Shown here: piece after piece, positions 33,636 to 43,916 of the stretch | Position numbering within the stretch: the first letter of the stretch is position 1 | How the letters are laid out: every line of letters begins with the position of its first letter | Assembly: GCA_050949505.1 (NCBI GenBank) | Contig: JBMNFV010000001.1 | Coordinates: 286,284 to 350,283 of the forward strand | Length of the DNA stretch: 64,000 nt | DNA from: Patescibacteria group bacterium | GTDB lineage: Bacteria > Patescibacteriota > Patescibacteriia > Patescibacteriales > UBA12465 | Reading direction: 5' to 3' | Made by a program: the position numbers and the translations under genes | The notes under the pieces: model-generated | What the model saw: only the letters and a program-made list of their open reading frames with translations | What the model was told of the DNA's origin: nothing | Database searches by the model: none

Positions 33636-35375
33636 CTATTGATAACGACTATTTTTGTCTAAAATCTCTTGAATAAAGTCAGAGCGGCTAATAGCTCGGG
33701 TCTCATTAGTGCCCCGATCACGGACTGCTAAAGTGGTGGAGTTCATTTCTTGATCACCAATTACTAGCAGATAGGGAACTTTTTCTTGGGTAGCTTTCCT
33801 GATCTTATTGCCCACCGTTTCATTACTACCGTCTAGCTCCACCCTTATTCCTGCTTTGCTAAATAGTTCGGCTAATTCTTGACAGGCGGCTTGATGGGCC
33901 TCGGCCACCGAAATTAACTTAACTTGAACGGGGGCTAACCAGACCGGGAAGGCCCCAGCATAGTGCTCAATAATCACTCCCAGGAAGCGTTCAATGGAGC
34001 CTAAAATAGCTCGGTGAATAACTACGGGAGTTTGGGCCTGGCCCGCGGCATCCGTATATTTAAGTTCAAAGCGTTGGGGTAGTTGAAAGTCTAGCTGAAT
34101 AGTTGCTAATTGCCATTGGCGGCCAATAGCATCTTTAACCTTAACATCAATTTTAGGGCCATAAAACGCGCCGTCACCTTCATTAATAGTGTAGGCTAAG
34201 TTAGCGGTCTCTAAGGCAGTTTTTAAATTATCCTCGGCCTCATCCCAAACTTCTTTTTCTCCTAAAAAGCTATCTGGACGAGTAGAGAGATGAATCTCAT
34301 CAATTTCTAGGGAGAATATTTGATAAACTTGTTTAACCCGATCTAGCAGGGCAATGATCTCTTCAAGAATTTGATCGGGGCGACAAAAGAGATGGCTATC
34401 ATCTTGAGACAGACTCCTGACCCGAGTTAGGCCATGGAGCGTGCCAGACTTTTCATTACGGTAAAGAGTGCTAGTCTCAGCTAGACGTAAGGGTAGGTCA
34501 CGATAGGAGTGAAGATTACGTTTAAAGACTAACATATGGGCCGGACAGTTCATCGGCTTAACCCCGTAGTCACTTTCTCCTTCGGCCTGGTGGATGATAA
34601 ACATATCTTCTTGGTAGTGGTCCCAGTGGCCAGAAGTTTTCCAAAGTTCTGCATTTAACAGGTGAGGAGTGCGCACTTCTTGATAACCGGGGCCGTAGGA
34701 AATCTCTCTGACTAATTTAGTCAATTGTGAGAGTAGGACAAAACCTTTAGGAAGAAAGAAGGGCATACCGGGAGCAAAGTCGTGGAGCATAAATAGGTCT
34801 AATTCCTTACCCAATTGTCGGTGGTCGCGCTTTTCCGCCTCAGCGAGCATTAGTAGGTGGGCGGCTAATTCTTCCTTGGTATCAAAAGCGAGGCCATAAA
34901 TACGGGTTAACATTTTGTTTTTTTCATCACCCCGCCAATAGGCGCCGGCTAGTTTGTGGAGTTTAAAAGAGCCAGGCTTAATCTCTTTAGTATTAGCGAC
35001 ATGCGGACCACGACAGAGGTCAGTGAACTTACCAACGGTATAAAAACTTAGCTTAGTTTCTCCTTCTTTAGCTAAGTCTTCTATTATCTCCACCTTGTAG
35101 TCCTCTTGGCGCTCTTTAGCAGCAGCTAGGGCTAGAGTTAGCTCCTGTTCCTCGTGACTAAAGTCTAAATTCTGCTTAGCTAAATGACTCATCTTTTTCT
35201 CAATAGTCTTCAGATCAGCTTCACTTATCTTAGTTTCGCCAAAATCAATATCATAATAGAAGCCAGTATCAATATCAGGGCCAATAGCTAGCTTAGCGCT
35301 TGGCCAGAGCTCTAGCACCGCACTGGCTAGCAAGTGGGCGAGACTGTGACGCTTGGTGCTAATCGGAGTGTTCAT
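33636..35375 (-). CDS. thrS: threonyl-tRNA synthetase (lacks the N-terminal TGS domain)
   Basis: HSLAHLLA (editing/second additional domain), class II motifs (YRNEKSGTLHGLTRVR and GAFYGPK) and a C-terminal anticodon-binding domain. Confidence 0.95.
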   Translation of the reverse strand: MNTPISTKRHSLAHLLASAVLELWPSAKLAIGPDIDTGFYYDIDFGETKISEADLKTIEKKMSHLAKQNLDFSHEEQELTLALAAAKERQEDYKVEIIEDLAKEGETKLSFYTVGKFTDLCRGPHVANTKEIKPGSFKLHKLAGAYWRGDEKNKMLTRIYGLAFDTKEELAAHLLMLAEAEKRDHRQLGKELDLFMLHDFAPGMPFFLPKGFVLLSQLTKLVREISYGPGYQEVRTPHLLNAELWKTSGHWDHYQEDMFIIHQAEGESDYGVKPMNCPAHMLVFKRNLHSYRDLPLRLAETSTLYRNEKSGTLHGLTRVRSLSQDDSHLFCRPDQILEEIIALLDRVKQVYQIFSLEIDEIHLSTRPDSFLGEKEVWDEAEDNLKTALETANLAYTINEGDGAFYGPKIDVKVKDAIGRQWQLATIQLDFQLPQRFELKYTDAAGQAQTPVVIHRAILGSIERFLGVIIEHYAGAFPVWLAPVQVKLISVAEAHQAACQELAELFSKAGIRVELDGSNETVGNKIRKATQEKVPYLLVIGDQEMNSTTLAVRDRGTNETRAISRSDFIQEILDKNSRYQ

Positions 35376-35379
35376 ATAG

Positions 35380-35600
35380 TTTAATTTAAGTTAGTTAATA
35401 AAAAATCCCCTCCCCGCTAAAACAAAAAACTTGTTTTAGCTGGGACGGGATTATTCATCTCGCGGTTCCACCCAGTTTCTAAGTTAATAACTTAGCGCTT
35501 CATTAATGGCCTTAGGACAGACTTAAGAGCAAGCTCTTAACTAGGCTTGGTAGACCTAGCAATCAGCCATGAGTGTTAATATTATAGGCCTAATGATTAT
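35380..35600 (-). promoter_or_regulatory. T-box riboswitch leader of thrS with an intrinsic terminator
   Basis: The reverse strand contains AACTGGGTGGAACCGCGAG (plus-strand 35461-35473 is the reverse complement of GGGTGGAACCGCG), matching the conserved T-box sequence. It is followed by a 19-bp terminator stem (35405-35423 pairing with 35433-35451, two mismatches) and a U run just before the thrS start. Confidence 0.75.
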
Positions 35601-35615
35601 AAAAGTAAAGGGGAG

Positions 35616-36308
35616 CTAGCCCTTAGCTACCACTAAACCCCAAACTGCTAAGGCTCCTTGCTCTCTTAAAATTCGACTAGCCTCGTTTAAGGTGGCTCCA
35701 GTGGTAATCACATCATCTAGCAAGATAATAGTTTTTCCGGCTAAGCTTTCTCCTGTCCAGGTAAAAACATTAGCCACGTTTTCTAAACGTTGCTCTCGCT
35801 TAAGCTTGGCTTGGGGAGGACGGTGTCGGGGACGTTTAAGCTGCCCACTTAATTGCCAGCCATAAGTTTCACTAAGAATTTCTGCTAGTAGCTGGGTTTG
35901 GCTAAAGCCGCGCCAAGCTTGTCGTCTAGAGCTTAGGGGCAGGGGGATAAGGAGAACTGATTTAGAGGCTAAAGGGGCAATTAATTGAGGATATTTCTTT
36001 AGAGCGCTTACTAAATATTTCCCTAAAATTAGGCTAAGGGGAGCCAGGAATCTATATTTATAATAAATAATCAAGCGTTTTAATAAAGGGTCTTGCTCGT
36101 AGTGGCCAATGATAATTAAGTTATCAAGTTGATCACTAATTAAACCCTGACTGAGCCTCACTTGGCTAGCGGGAGGCAGATAGCTTAATTTATTAAAACA
36201 AGCATCACAAAAATAGCAGCCTTCTTGGCGGCAGTTTAAGCACTCTAAGGGTAAAATAAGATCAAGCAACCAGTGCTTGATCCGAGTAAATAATTTTCGC
36301 ACGAGCAA
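35616..36308 (-). CDS. comFC: ComF family protein (phosphoribosyltransferase-like, competence)
   Basis: N-terminal zinc-finger cysteines (CLNC...CDAC) and the C-terminal PRTase motif ILLDDVITTGATL. Confidence 0.8.
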   Translation of the reverse strand: MLVRKLFTRIKHWLLDLILPLECLNCRQEGCYFCDACFNKLSYLPPASQVRLSQGLISDQLDNLIIIGHYEQDPLLKRLIIYYKYRFLAPLSLILGKYLVSALKKYPQLIAPLASKSVLLIPLPLSSRRQAWRGFSQTQLLAEILSETYGWQLSGQLKRPRHRPPQAKLKREQRLENVANVFTWTGESLAGKTIILLDDVITTGATLNEASRILREQGALAVWGLVVAKG

Positions 36309-36312
36309 TTAT

Positions 36313-37581
36313 TTAGTAGCTTAATTTTATTTCATTAACAGTCCCACTATATTTATCTAAGAAGTATAAATAGTCCTGGTTTTCAGAGACTACCATTTGG
36401 GAGACATTAAAGAAGCCATCAGGAATAGCGATAATCTTTTTGCCACCAGTAGTTAAGTCTATCTTGTAAATAGTGTCAGGGAATTCATCAGCTAAGCTAG
36501 GGAACATGCCGGCGCCTTCAGGCATTTCGGCGGGAACGGCGCAGTATAAATCAGTTTCTGAGGCAAAGGCACATTTATTAGACCAAGTCATTAAACCGAG
36601 CTGATGACGATTTTCACCAATGGTATTAACCTGCGCATTAACGACCCATAAACGAGGACTATAATTATCACGACTACTGTAAACACTATAGAGCAGTTTC
36701 TCTCCCTCAGGGGACCATTGTGATTGGAAGTTTCGTCCTTCAATAATAGTAGATTTAAAGTTTTCACCATTAAGACCAACGAAGAAAACTTCTTGACGAT
36801 CAAAGCTCACGCCCTCGGTATTTAAAGCTACAATTTGTCCCGCGGGAGACCAGCTAGGATAGACATAAGGGTGGCGATCACCAATGGGCTCTACTCCAAC
36901 TGCCCGAGAACCATCGGCATTAGCAGCGATTAGCCAGCTATCGGAGGAGTCGTAGCCAATATTTTTAGCCGCAATACGTTCGCCATCAGCGGAGAAGCTA
37001 AAGTCTTCCCAGTGGGAGGGAAGGGTGACTTGCTTTTGGCTATTAAAGTCATAGACAATTTTATTGCCATCTGGATAGGTTAAAATCGCCTTATCACCTC
37101 GTTTGGCCCAAGTAACTTGCCGAACGGAGTGGAAGACTCGGTCGCTTAAGGTAGTTTTGCTGCCATCAGGATTGAGTTTATAGAACAAACCGGAGGAGCG
37201 GTCATAATATTGTAAATTACCACCTTGATTGAGGGTAATCCCTAAAGAAGGTTCGGGGTTAATGGGAGTGACTAGGGTTTTTCCTCCTAAGGCTACTTCG
37301 CTAGGAGCACCTAAGCTAGGGTCACCAGGGCGAGGGTTGATTGCTTGATTGGGGTCAGTAATACCCGGGAGTCCCCCGTCTTCGCCAGGAGAGTATTCGC
37401 CTGGAGTACTAGGCCCCGGAGAGGGAAATTCTCCAGGAGTACCAGGCGGGGTAATGTCAGGAGGGCTAATTAGGGAAGTTGACTTAAAAAATACTTGCCA
37501 GATAAAGTAGCCGATGATGAAGATTAAAGCGGTGAAGCCTAAGAGGAGAAAAAATCTTTTATAGCGAGAAAAGAAACTCAT
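36313..37581 (-). CDS. membrane-anchored TolB-like beta-propeller (PD40/WD40-like repeat) protein
   Basis: N-terminal TM helix, a proline/glycine-rich linker, then repeated blocks of the type FSADGERIA and WSPAGQIVA. Confidence 0.6.
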   Translation of the reverse strand: MSFFSRYKRFFLLLGFTALIFIIGYFIWQVFFKSTSLISPPDITPPGTPGEFPSPGPSTPGEYSPGEDGGLPGITDPNQAINPRPGDPSLGAPSEVALGGKTLVTPINPEPSLGITLNQGGNLQYYDRSSGLFYKLNPDGSKTTLSDRVFHSVRQVTWAKRGDKAILTYPDGNKIVYDFNSQKQVTLPSHWEDFSFSADGERIAAKNIGYDSSDSWLIAANADGSRAVGVEPIGDRHPYVYPSWSPAGQIVALNTEGVSFDRQEVFFVGLNGENFKSTIIEGRNFQSQWSPEGEKLLYSVYSSRDNYSPRLWVVNAQVNTIGENRHQLGLMTWSNKCAFASETDLYCAVPAEMPEGAGMFPSLADEFPDTIYKIDLTTGGKKIIAIPDGFFNVSQMVVSENQDYLYFLDKYSGTVNEIKLSY

Positions 37582-37673
37582 AAATGCTTGTTTAATGTTT
37601 TAAATTAAGATATAATTAGTATATCTTAAAAGTTGAGATTATTCAATCAAATTCTTTTTTATTATTTAAGATT

Positions 37674-38729
37674 ATGGGATTATTTTCTATTAGCAAAGAC
37701 AATCTTTTTTTAGGCATAGATATTGGGGATTCTTCTTTAAAAATGGTAGAGCTAAAAAAGAAGGGGCGTAAAATTAGTTTGTCTAATTATGCCTTTAGCG
37801 AAAATATTACAGATGTTAATTTTACTAAAGTTGAAGACCTCGCTTATTTATCACAAGCTATTTTAAAGGTTAGAAAGGAAGCGGGGATTACCGCTACTAA
37901 AGTAACTGCCTCTTTGCCTAACTTTGCGGTCTTTTCTTCAATTATCAATCTAACGAATGTTGATAAAAAGAATATTCTCACCGCGGTTAATGAAGAGGCC
38001 CGTAAGGTGATTCCCTTACCACTAGAGGAAATGGTTTTGGATTGGAAAATTATTCCTGGTCCAGATGGCAAGATCCCTACCCGGGGTAATATGCGAGTAT
38101 TCTTAACGGGCTCTCCCAAGAAATTGGTGCGGAAGTATGTAGAGGTTTTTAAAAAGACCGGTCTTAACTTAGTTAGCCTAGAAACTGAAACCTTTTCACT
38201 GGTTCGGTCTTTAGTAGGCAGTGATAAAGAGGCGGTGATGGTGGTGGAGATTGGGGCCAATAGTACTGATATGTTTGTTATCAAGGAAAGCATTCCCGTC
38301 TTTAATCGGAGCTTATCGGTTAGCTCCTCAACAATCACCAAGGCCCTAGCGGAACAGTTGGGGCTAGAGTATTCTCAAGCTGAACAGTTTAAAATAGACT
38401 TGGCTAATGCGGCTGATAAACAGGGAGGAGCAGCAGAGCTATCGCCATTAATTGCTAAAACCATAGAGCCGATCGTGACGGGTATTCAATATCTATTAGA
38501 CTTCTTCAGATCCCAAACCAAAGAGGAGGTTAATAAAATTATTTTATCTGGCGGAGGAGCAATGTTGCTTAACTTGCCTGAATATTTAAGTGAGCGCCTT
38601 AATCTTAAAGTTATTATCGGCGACGCTTGGAATCGGGTTGAGTATCCAGAAGAGCTGCGGCCCGTCTTGCAGGAGGTGGGAGCGAAGCTGTCCGTCGCCA
38701 TTGGTCTAGCGATGCGAGAAATAGAATAA
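37674..38729 (+). CDS. pilM: type IV pilus assembly protein PilM (actin-like ATPase fold)
   Basis: LGIDIGDSSLKMVEL start, a length of 351 aa, and its position at the head of the pil operon. Confidence 0.85.
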   Translation: MGLFSISKDNLFLGIDIGDSSLKMVELKKKGRKISLSNYAFSENITDVNFTKVEDLAYLSQAILKVRKEAGITATKVTASLPNFAVFSSIINLTNVDKKNILTAVNEEARKVIPLPLEEMVLDWKIIPGPDGKIPTRGNMRVFLTGSPKKLVRKYVEVFKKTGLNLVSLETETFSLVRSLVGSDKEAVMVVEIGANSTDMFVIKESIPVFNRSLSVSSSTITKALAEQLGLEYSQAEQFKIDLANAADKQGGAAELSPLIAKTIEPIVTGIQYLLDFFRSQTKEEVNKIILSGGGAMLLNLPEYLSERLNLKVIIGDAWNRVEYPEELRPVLQEVGAKLSVAIGLAMREIE

Positions 38730-38731
38730 TT

Positions 38732-39370
38732 ATGCTATTTAAAAGAGCTAAAGATAAAACTGAAAAAAGAGCAGCCATTCAAAACCCCAAGATTTTAGAT
38801 GTTAATTTAATTAAGGGAGAGGTTCAGATTAGTTTTGCTTGGCGCCAGAATCTATCTAAACTGATTCTTGCTTTAGTTATCTTAGGCTTGATAGTTACTG
38901 AGGTTTATCTAGGCCTAGACTACTGGGCGCAATATGAAGAAGAACAAACCCAAGTCTTAACGACTGAACTTAATCGGGTCAGGGAAGAGGTGCGAGCCCT
39001 ACAGGTAGAGGCTGATCAAGCATTGGCCTACAAAGAGAAGTCCGTCGGCCTATCAGGGCTGTTAGCGGAGCATATCTATTGGTCGGCCTTTTTTGACTGG
39101 TTAGAAAAAAACACTTTAAGCACCGTTAAGTTTACTGGATTTTCTGGGGGAACTGATGGGGTTTATGAATTAAGGGCTACGGCCTCTAGTTTTCAGGATG
39201 CTTCCTGGCAGGTCAAGGTCCTATTAGACGACCCTCTGGTCAAGCAAGCGGAGATTTCTCAAGTAGCTAACTCGGAGTCAGAGGTAGAGGAAGAGGGAGA
39301 AGTTTTTGTTCAAAAGGAAGTAAACTTCTCGCTGAACTTAGAAATTAATCCAGAGATTTTTAAAAAGTAG
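38732..39370 (+). CDS. pilN: PilN-like pilus assembly protein
   Basis: Single TM helix followed by a coiled coil. The call rests on its position directly after pilM. Confidence 0.55.
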   Translation: MLFKRAKDKTEKRAAIQNPKILDVNLIKGEVQISFAWRQNLSKLILALVILGLIVTEVYLGLDYWAQYEEEQTQVLTTELNRVREEVRALQVEADQALAYKEKSVGLSGLLAEHIYWSAFFDWLEKNTLSTVKFTGFSGGTDGVYELRATASSFQDASWQVKVLLDDPLVKQAEISQVANSESEVEEEGEVFVQKEVNFSLNLEINPEIFKK

Positions 39371-39371
39371 T

Positions 39372-39950
39372 ATGTTATCACGCGATCAAAGAAATCAAAA
39401 TTCTCTCAACTTATTTCTCAATAACTATTTTAGTTTGATTCTAACGACAGGAATCTTATTATTACTATTATTAGCCTATCTAGCCGTTATTTTGCCTAAG
39501 TATCAAGAGGTGGCTAGCCTCACTCAGGATAATTTAAATAGACAGCAATTATTATTAACCGAGCAGCGCCGAAAGCTAGTTAACTTACAAGCCATCTCTC
39601 AGGCCTATGACTTGTTGCCAGAGCTAGATGTCAATAAGTTTAATCAAGTCTTGCCAGACCAATATGTTAAGGAGCGACTTTTTGGTGAACTAGAAGAAAT
39701 TGTTACTAAAAATGGCTTTATCACTAATTCTATTAGCCTAAGCCAAGAGCCACCTGAGGCCGGGTCGCCAACTAAAATAGGAACAGTTACCGCCGAACTT
39801 AATATTTCCACGATTGACTACAGTGGTTTTAAGAGAATGTTACGGGTCTTAGAGAGCAATCTTCGTTTATTGGATGTAACTAATCTGAGCTTTTCTCCCG
39901 GAGGGAATACGGCCAACTTAAGTCTAACCACTTATTATTTCGCTAACTAG
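39372..39950 (+). CDS. pilO: PilO-like pilus assembly protein
   Basis: Single TM helix, coiled coil and a C-terminal alpha/beta domain. The call rests on position in the operon. Confidence 0.5.
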   Translation: MLSRDQRNQNSLNLFLNNYFSLILTTGILLLLLLAYLAVILPKYQEVASLTQDNLNRQQLLLTEQRRKLVNLQAISQAYDLLPELDVNKFNQVLPDQYVKERLFGELEEIVTKNGFITNSISLSQEPPEAGSPTKIGTVTAELNISTIDYSGFKRMLRVLESNLRLLDVTNLSFSPGGNTANLSLTTYYFAN

Positions 39951-39955
39951 AGACT

Positions 39956-40339
39956 ATGAAAAACAGCCATCGCTATTTATCACAAATCCTCTTAGTTATT
40001 CTAGTCATCGCTGGAGGGGCGCTTTTCTTTTGGCAGGAAGTGGCTTATGACTATCTACACCAGCAGGCTGAGTTAGTGGAGGTGACGGACATTCTAATGG
40101 CTCCAGCACCACTCCCTAGTGAGGAACTAGAGACTACAGTGATTAATGATGCTAAGTTCATTGTTCTGAAAAACAATGTGACGGGCTTTGACTATGAGCA
40201 GGTTTGTCGCAATTTAATGAATCTCGGCGAGAGAGAGATTAGTCAGTTATCAGCATCTGAGTATAGTCAAATCTTAACCTGTGCGGTTGGCAATGCTTCG
40301 CCGTTTATCGCGCCAACTACTAGCGGTGAAACTCCTTAA
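39956..40339 (+). CDS. hypothetical membrane-anchored protein in the pil operon
   Basis: 127 aa with one TM helix, located between the pilO-like gene and pilB. Confidence 0.4.
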   Translation: MKNSHRYLSQILLVILVIAGGALFFWQEVAYDYLHQQAELVEVTDILMAPAPLPSEELETTVINDAKFIVLKNNVTGFDYEQVCRNLMNLGEREISQLSASEYSQILTCAVGNASPFIAPTTSGETP

Positions 40340-40349
40340 TTAAAAAATC

Positions 40350-42107
40350 ATGAGCAAACACATTCAGCTCCTTAATTTTTTGCAGGCCAAAAGTTTAGTG
40401 CCAGAGGGACAGTATGATCAAATTAAAGAATTAATCAGTGACGGACAATTTGATTTAGAAAAATATCTAGTGGAGCAAAAAATCTTTACTGAAGAGAAAC
40501 TAACCGAACTAAAGGCCGAAATGAAAGGCCTCCCTTATTATAATCTCTTAGCCGAGGAAGTGCCGGAGGTGGCCTTGAATTTCTTTCCAGAAGAAATTGC
40601 CAGAACTTACCAAATTATTTGTTTCGCCCGCGAGAATCGTTTAGTGAAAATAGGGCTAATTGACCCCACCCCTAAAACTATTGAGGCAATTAATTTCCTG
40701 GCCTCAGATGAGCGCTTGGCGGTAGAGCATTATCTAATCTCTCGCTCTAGCTTTGAGAAGGCGATGAAGCAGTATCAAAAGCTAGAGGAAGAAATTTCTA
40801 GTGCTTTAGAAGTTAAGGCTAGGGAAGAGGGCGAAGACTTGGTAACTGTGAGGGCAGACAATGAGGGAGTGATAGATGAGGATATAAACAGTGCTCCGAT
40901 CTCTAGAATTGTCTCAGTAATCATACGTCACGCAGTGGAGGCCCGGGCTTCCGATATCCACATTGAGCCCTTTGCTAAGGAGAGTCGGGTGCGCTACCGC
41001 ATTGATGGGATGCTACATACCTCGCTAACCTTGCCGCGGAGCATTCATAATGCGGTAATTGCCAGAGTTAAGGTTTTATCCAAGCTGAAGTTAGATGAGA
41101 CTCGTATTCCTCAAGACGGACGAATTAGACTAATTGTTAATAACAAGGAGGTAGACTTTAGAGTCTCCACCTTACCGCTAGTTAATCAGGAGAAGGTGGT
41201 TATGAGAATTTTAGACACCTCCCGCGGGGCTCCCACCTTAGAGGGCTTAGGATTTAACAAATTGGCACTACGGCGCATTAATGAGGGAATAAAAAAGACT
41301 AGTGGAATCTTTTTGGTCACTGGTCCTACGGGCAGTGGAAAGACGACAACCTTGTATGCCATTTTAAATATTCTTAATCAAGAAGGAGTGAATATCTCCA
41401 CCCTAGAGGATCCAATTGAGTATGAAATTAAGGGGATTAACCAATCACAGATTAAACCGAAAATAGGTTTTTCCTTTGCCAACGGACTGCGCTCACTCTT
41501 ACGACAAGACCCTAATATTATTATGGTCGGAGAAATTCGTGATGAAGAAACAGCGGAGCTATCCATTCATGCCTCCTTAACGGGACACTTAGTGTTGTCC
41601 ACCATTCACACTAACGATGCGATTGGAGCGGTTTTTAGGCTAGTGGATATGAAAATAGAACGCTTCCTCTTGTCCTCCACTCTGCGAGCGGTGGTGGCGC
41701 AGCGTTTGTCCCGTCGTCTCTGTGAGCACTGTAAGCAGGTGGTAGATTTGTCTAGTGATGCTAAGGAAGAAATGATTAAAGAATTACAAATGATTCCGCC
41801 GCACATTTTAGCTGAAGAATTACCAGAACTCCGTTCTCCAGAAGAAGTTTTTGCCACTTATCAAACCTATAAGGCAGTGGGCTGTCAACGTTGTGAAAAT
41901 ACCGGCTACTCTGGACGAGTGGCCATTGCTGAGGTGATAGATATTAATGAAGAGCTAAGTGAGATGATTAACAATGGTAGCAAGGACTTAAACGAGGAGG
42001 CGGTCCGTAAGACAGAGGACTTTGTCACCATTAAGCAAGACGGGGTGGTAAAAGTATTTCAAGGAATCACCACTATGGAAGAGGTCTTGCGAGTTATAGA
42101 AAGTTAA
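40350..42107 (+). CDS. pilB: type IV pilus assembly ATPase PilB (GspE family)
   Basis: Walker A GPTGSGKTT, Asp box, Walker B IMVGEIRD, His box, and a tetracysteine motif (CEHC...CQRC). Confidence 0.9.
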   Translation: MSKHIQLLNFLQAKSLVPEGQYDQIKELISDGQFDLEKYLVEQKIFTEEKLTELKAEMKGLPYYNLLAEEVPEVALNFFPEEIARTYQIICFARENRLVKIGLIDPTPKTIEAINFLASDERLAVEHYLISRSSFEKAMKQYQKLEEEISSALEVKAREEGEDLVTVRADNEGVIDEDINSAPISRIVSVIIRHAVEARASDIHIEPFAKESRVRYRIDGMLHTSLTLPRSIHNAVIARVKVLSKLKLDETRIPQDGRIRLIVNNKEVDFRVSTLPLVNQEKVVMRILDTSRGAPTLEGLGFNKLALRRINEGIKKTSGIFLVTGPTGSGKTTTLYAILNILNQEGVNISTLEDPIEYEIKGINQSQIKPKIGFSFANGLRSLLRQDPNIIMVGEIRDEETAELSIHASLTGHLVLSTIHTNDAIGAVFRLVDMKIERFLLSSTLRAVVAQRLSRRLCEHCKQVVDLSSDAKEEMIKELQMIPPHILAEELPELRSPEEVFATYQTYKAVGCQRCENTGYSGRVAIAEVIDINEELSEMINNGSKDLNEEAVRKTEDFVTIKQDGVVKVFQGITTMEEVLRVIES

Positions 42108-42119
42108 TTTTAGAGGTTT

Positions 42120-43325
42120 ATGCCTATCTACAAATACCTAGCGGAAACCGCTAATCAAAGAAAAAAAAGAGGAACGATCGTCGGCTTAACAGAGGCTGAT
42201 GCCTTTAATCGTCTGCGCAAACAAGGCCTTAATCCTCGGGAAATAGTGGCGGTGAATGATAGCTTGGAAACTAAAATAAACTTATTGATCTCTCCCATTA
42301 AAACTAAGGATCTAGTAGTGTTTTCTCGGCAGTTTTCGGTGATGATTTCTGCCAATGTTACCGTTTCTGAAGCCCTATCTATTTTAGTGGACCAGACTAA
42401 TAATTTATCACTTAAAAACATGGTCTCAGAAATTGCCTTTGAGGTTGAGGCCGGCTCCTTTGTTTCTGATGCCTTTGCTAAACGTCCTAAAATATTTTCC
42501 GATTTCTTTGTTAATATTATTCGCTCCGGAGAGTCTTCGGGGAAGTTAGATGAGGTGCTTAATTACCTAGCTGATGAAATGGAGAAGAGTTATGATATTA
42601 GTTCCAAGATTAGAGGGGCGATGATTTACCCCATCTTTATTCTCGTCGCCTTAGTGGGCGTGGCCTTTATCCTGATGCTCTATGTTATCCCTAACCTAAC
42701 TTCAATGTTAGAGGAGAGTGGCGCTGACCTGCCATTAGCCACTAGGTTAGTGATCAGTACCTCTAGTTTCTTGCAACACTATATTCTTTTAGTTATTGCC
42801 CTGATCATTAGCTTAGGCTTTTTGCTGAGACTATATCTTAAAACCTATGGCGGAAAGAGAAACCTAGACATTGTTAAGCTGAAAATGCCAGTCTTTGGTC
42901 GGCTCTTCCAATACATCTACCTAATGCGCTTTACCCGCTCCTTATCCACCCTCCTTAAAGGAGGAGTGACCATCACTCGTTCATTAGAAATTACTGCTTC
43001 AGTGGTCGGTAATACTATTTACAAGGAACTAATTATGGATACCCTAGAAGCCATCAATGATGGTAATTCCTTAGCTTCCGTAATGGAAACTAGCAGCTAT
43101 TTTCCCAGCATGGTGCCGCAAATGATTGCCGTGGGAGAGCGAACCGGAAAGATTGATACCGTTTTAGATAGAATTACCGAATTCTATTCCCGGGAGTCTA
43201 CTAATATGTTAGATAATTTAAGTAAATTAATGGAACCCTTGATCATGGTAATTATGGGTATCGGGGTAGGGATTATGGTGGCAGCGGTTATCTTGCCGAT
43301 GTATAATATGGCTAACCAGTTCTAA
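42120..43325 (+). CDS. pilC: type IV pilus platform protein PilC (GspF family)
   Basis: Duplicated T2SF domains and three TM segments; 401 aa. Confidence 0.9.
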   Translation: MPIYKYLAETANQRKKRGTIVGLTEADAFNRLRKQGLNPREIVAVNDSLETKINLLISPIKTKDLVVFSRQFSVMISANVTVSEALSILVDQTNNLSLKNMVSEIAFEVEAGSFVSDAFAKRPKIFSDFFVNIIRSGESSGKLDEVLNYLADEMEKSYDISSKIRGAMIYPIFILVALVGVAFILMLYVIPNLTSMLEESGADLPLATRLVISTSSFLQHYILLVIALIISLGFLLRLYLKTYGGKRNLDIVKLKMPVFGRLFQYIYLMRFTRSLSTLLKGGVTITRSLEITASVVGNTIYKELIMDTLEAINDGNSLASVMETSSYFPSMVPQMIAVGERTGKIDTVLDRITEFYSRESTNMLDNLSKLMEPLIMVIMGIGVGIMVAAVILPMYNMANQF

Positions 43326-43452
43326 TTTAACCGAATTAGCTTGTTCATTTTTTTAGATTATGCTATTATTTAGTTAAGAGAATTGTTTCTAACTTCTAAC
43401 TATGCTATAATCTGAGCATAGTTACTAATATTTTTAATATTAAAAAACCATT

Positions 43453-43881
43453 ATGAAAAATAATAAACCCGGCTTTACCCTTATAGAACTTTTAGTCGTC
43501 ATTGCGATTATTGGTCTACTATCAACACTCTCCATTGTTGCTCTTAACTCTGCCCGAGCCAGATCTCGAGATGCCAGACGAGTCTCAGATGTCAAGAACA
43601 TCCAAATGGCCCTAGAGATGTATTATAATGACCATTTAAAGTATCCAACTAGCACTGATGATTTAGCATCCTCCTCAGAGGCTTATTTAATAGTTAACCC
43701 TACGCCTCCTACCCCAGCTGATGGAAGTTGTGATAATAATAATAATGCATATAATTATGATGCGAGTGGTAACGATGGGACCTACACGCTCACCTATTGT
43801 CTCGGAGCGGGTACTGGAGGAATTCCAGCGGGTATTAATACAGCCACTCCCTCAGGAATTAGCACCTTTGGATCTAATTAA
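43453..43881 (+). CDS. type IV pilin (prepilin-type N-terminal cleavage/methylation domain)
   Basis: MKNNKPGFTLIELLVVIAIIGLL is a class III signal peptide with the G|FTLIE cleavage motif. Confidence 0.85.
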   Translation: MKNNKPGFTLIELLVVIAIIGLLSTLSIVALNSARARSRDARRVSDVKNIQMALEMYYNDHLKYPTSTDDLASSSEAYLIVNPTPPTPADGSCDNNNNAYNYDASGNDGTYTLTYCLGAGTGGIPAGINTATPSGISTFGSN

Positions 43882-43916
43882 AATATTTAGTTAAATTATT
43901 TGTTTGAAAGAATAAT

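Noticed and set aside
35540-35560. Assigning ACC at 35551-35549 (reverse strand) as the definitive T-box specifier codon.
   Set aside because: The triplet sits on the apparent 5' side of the first helix rather than in a canonical 3'-side specifier loop. It is kept only as a candidate pending covariance-model alignment.
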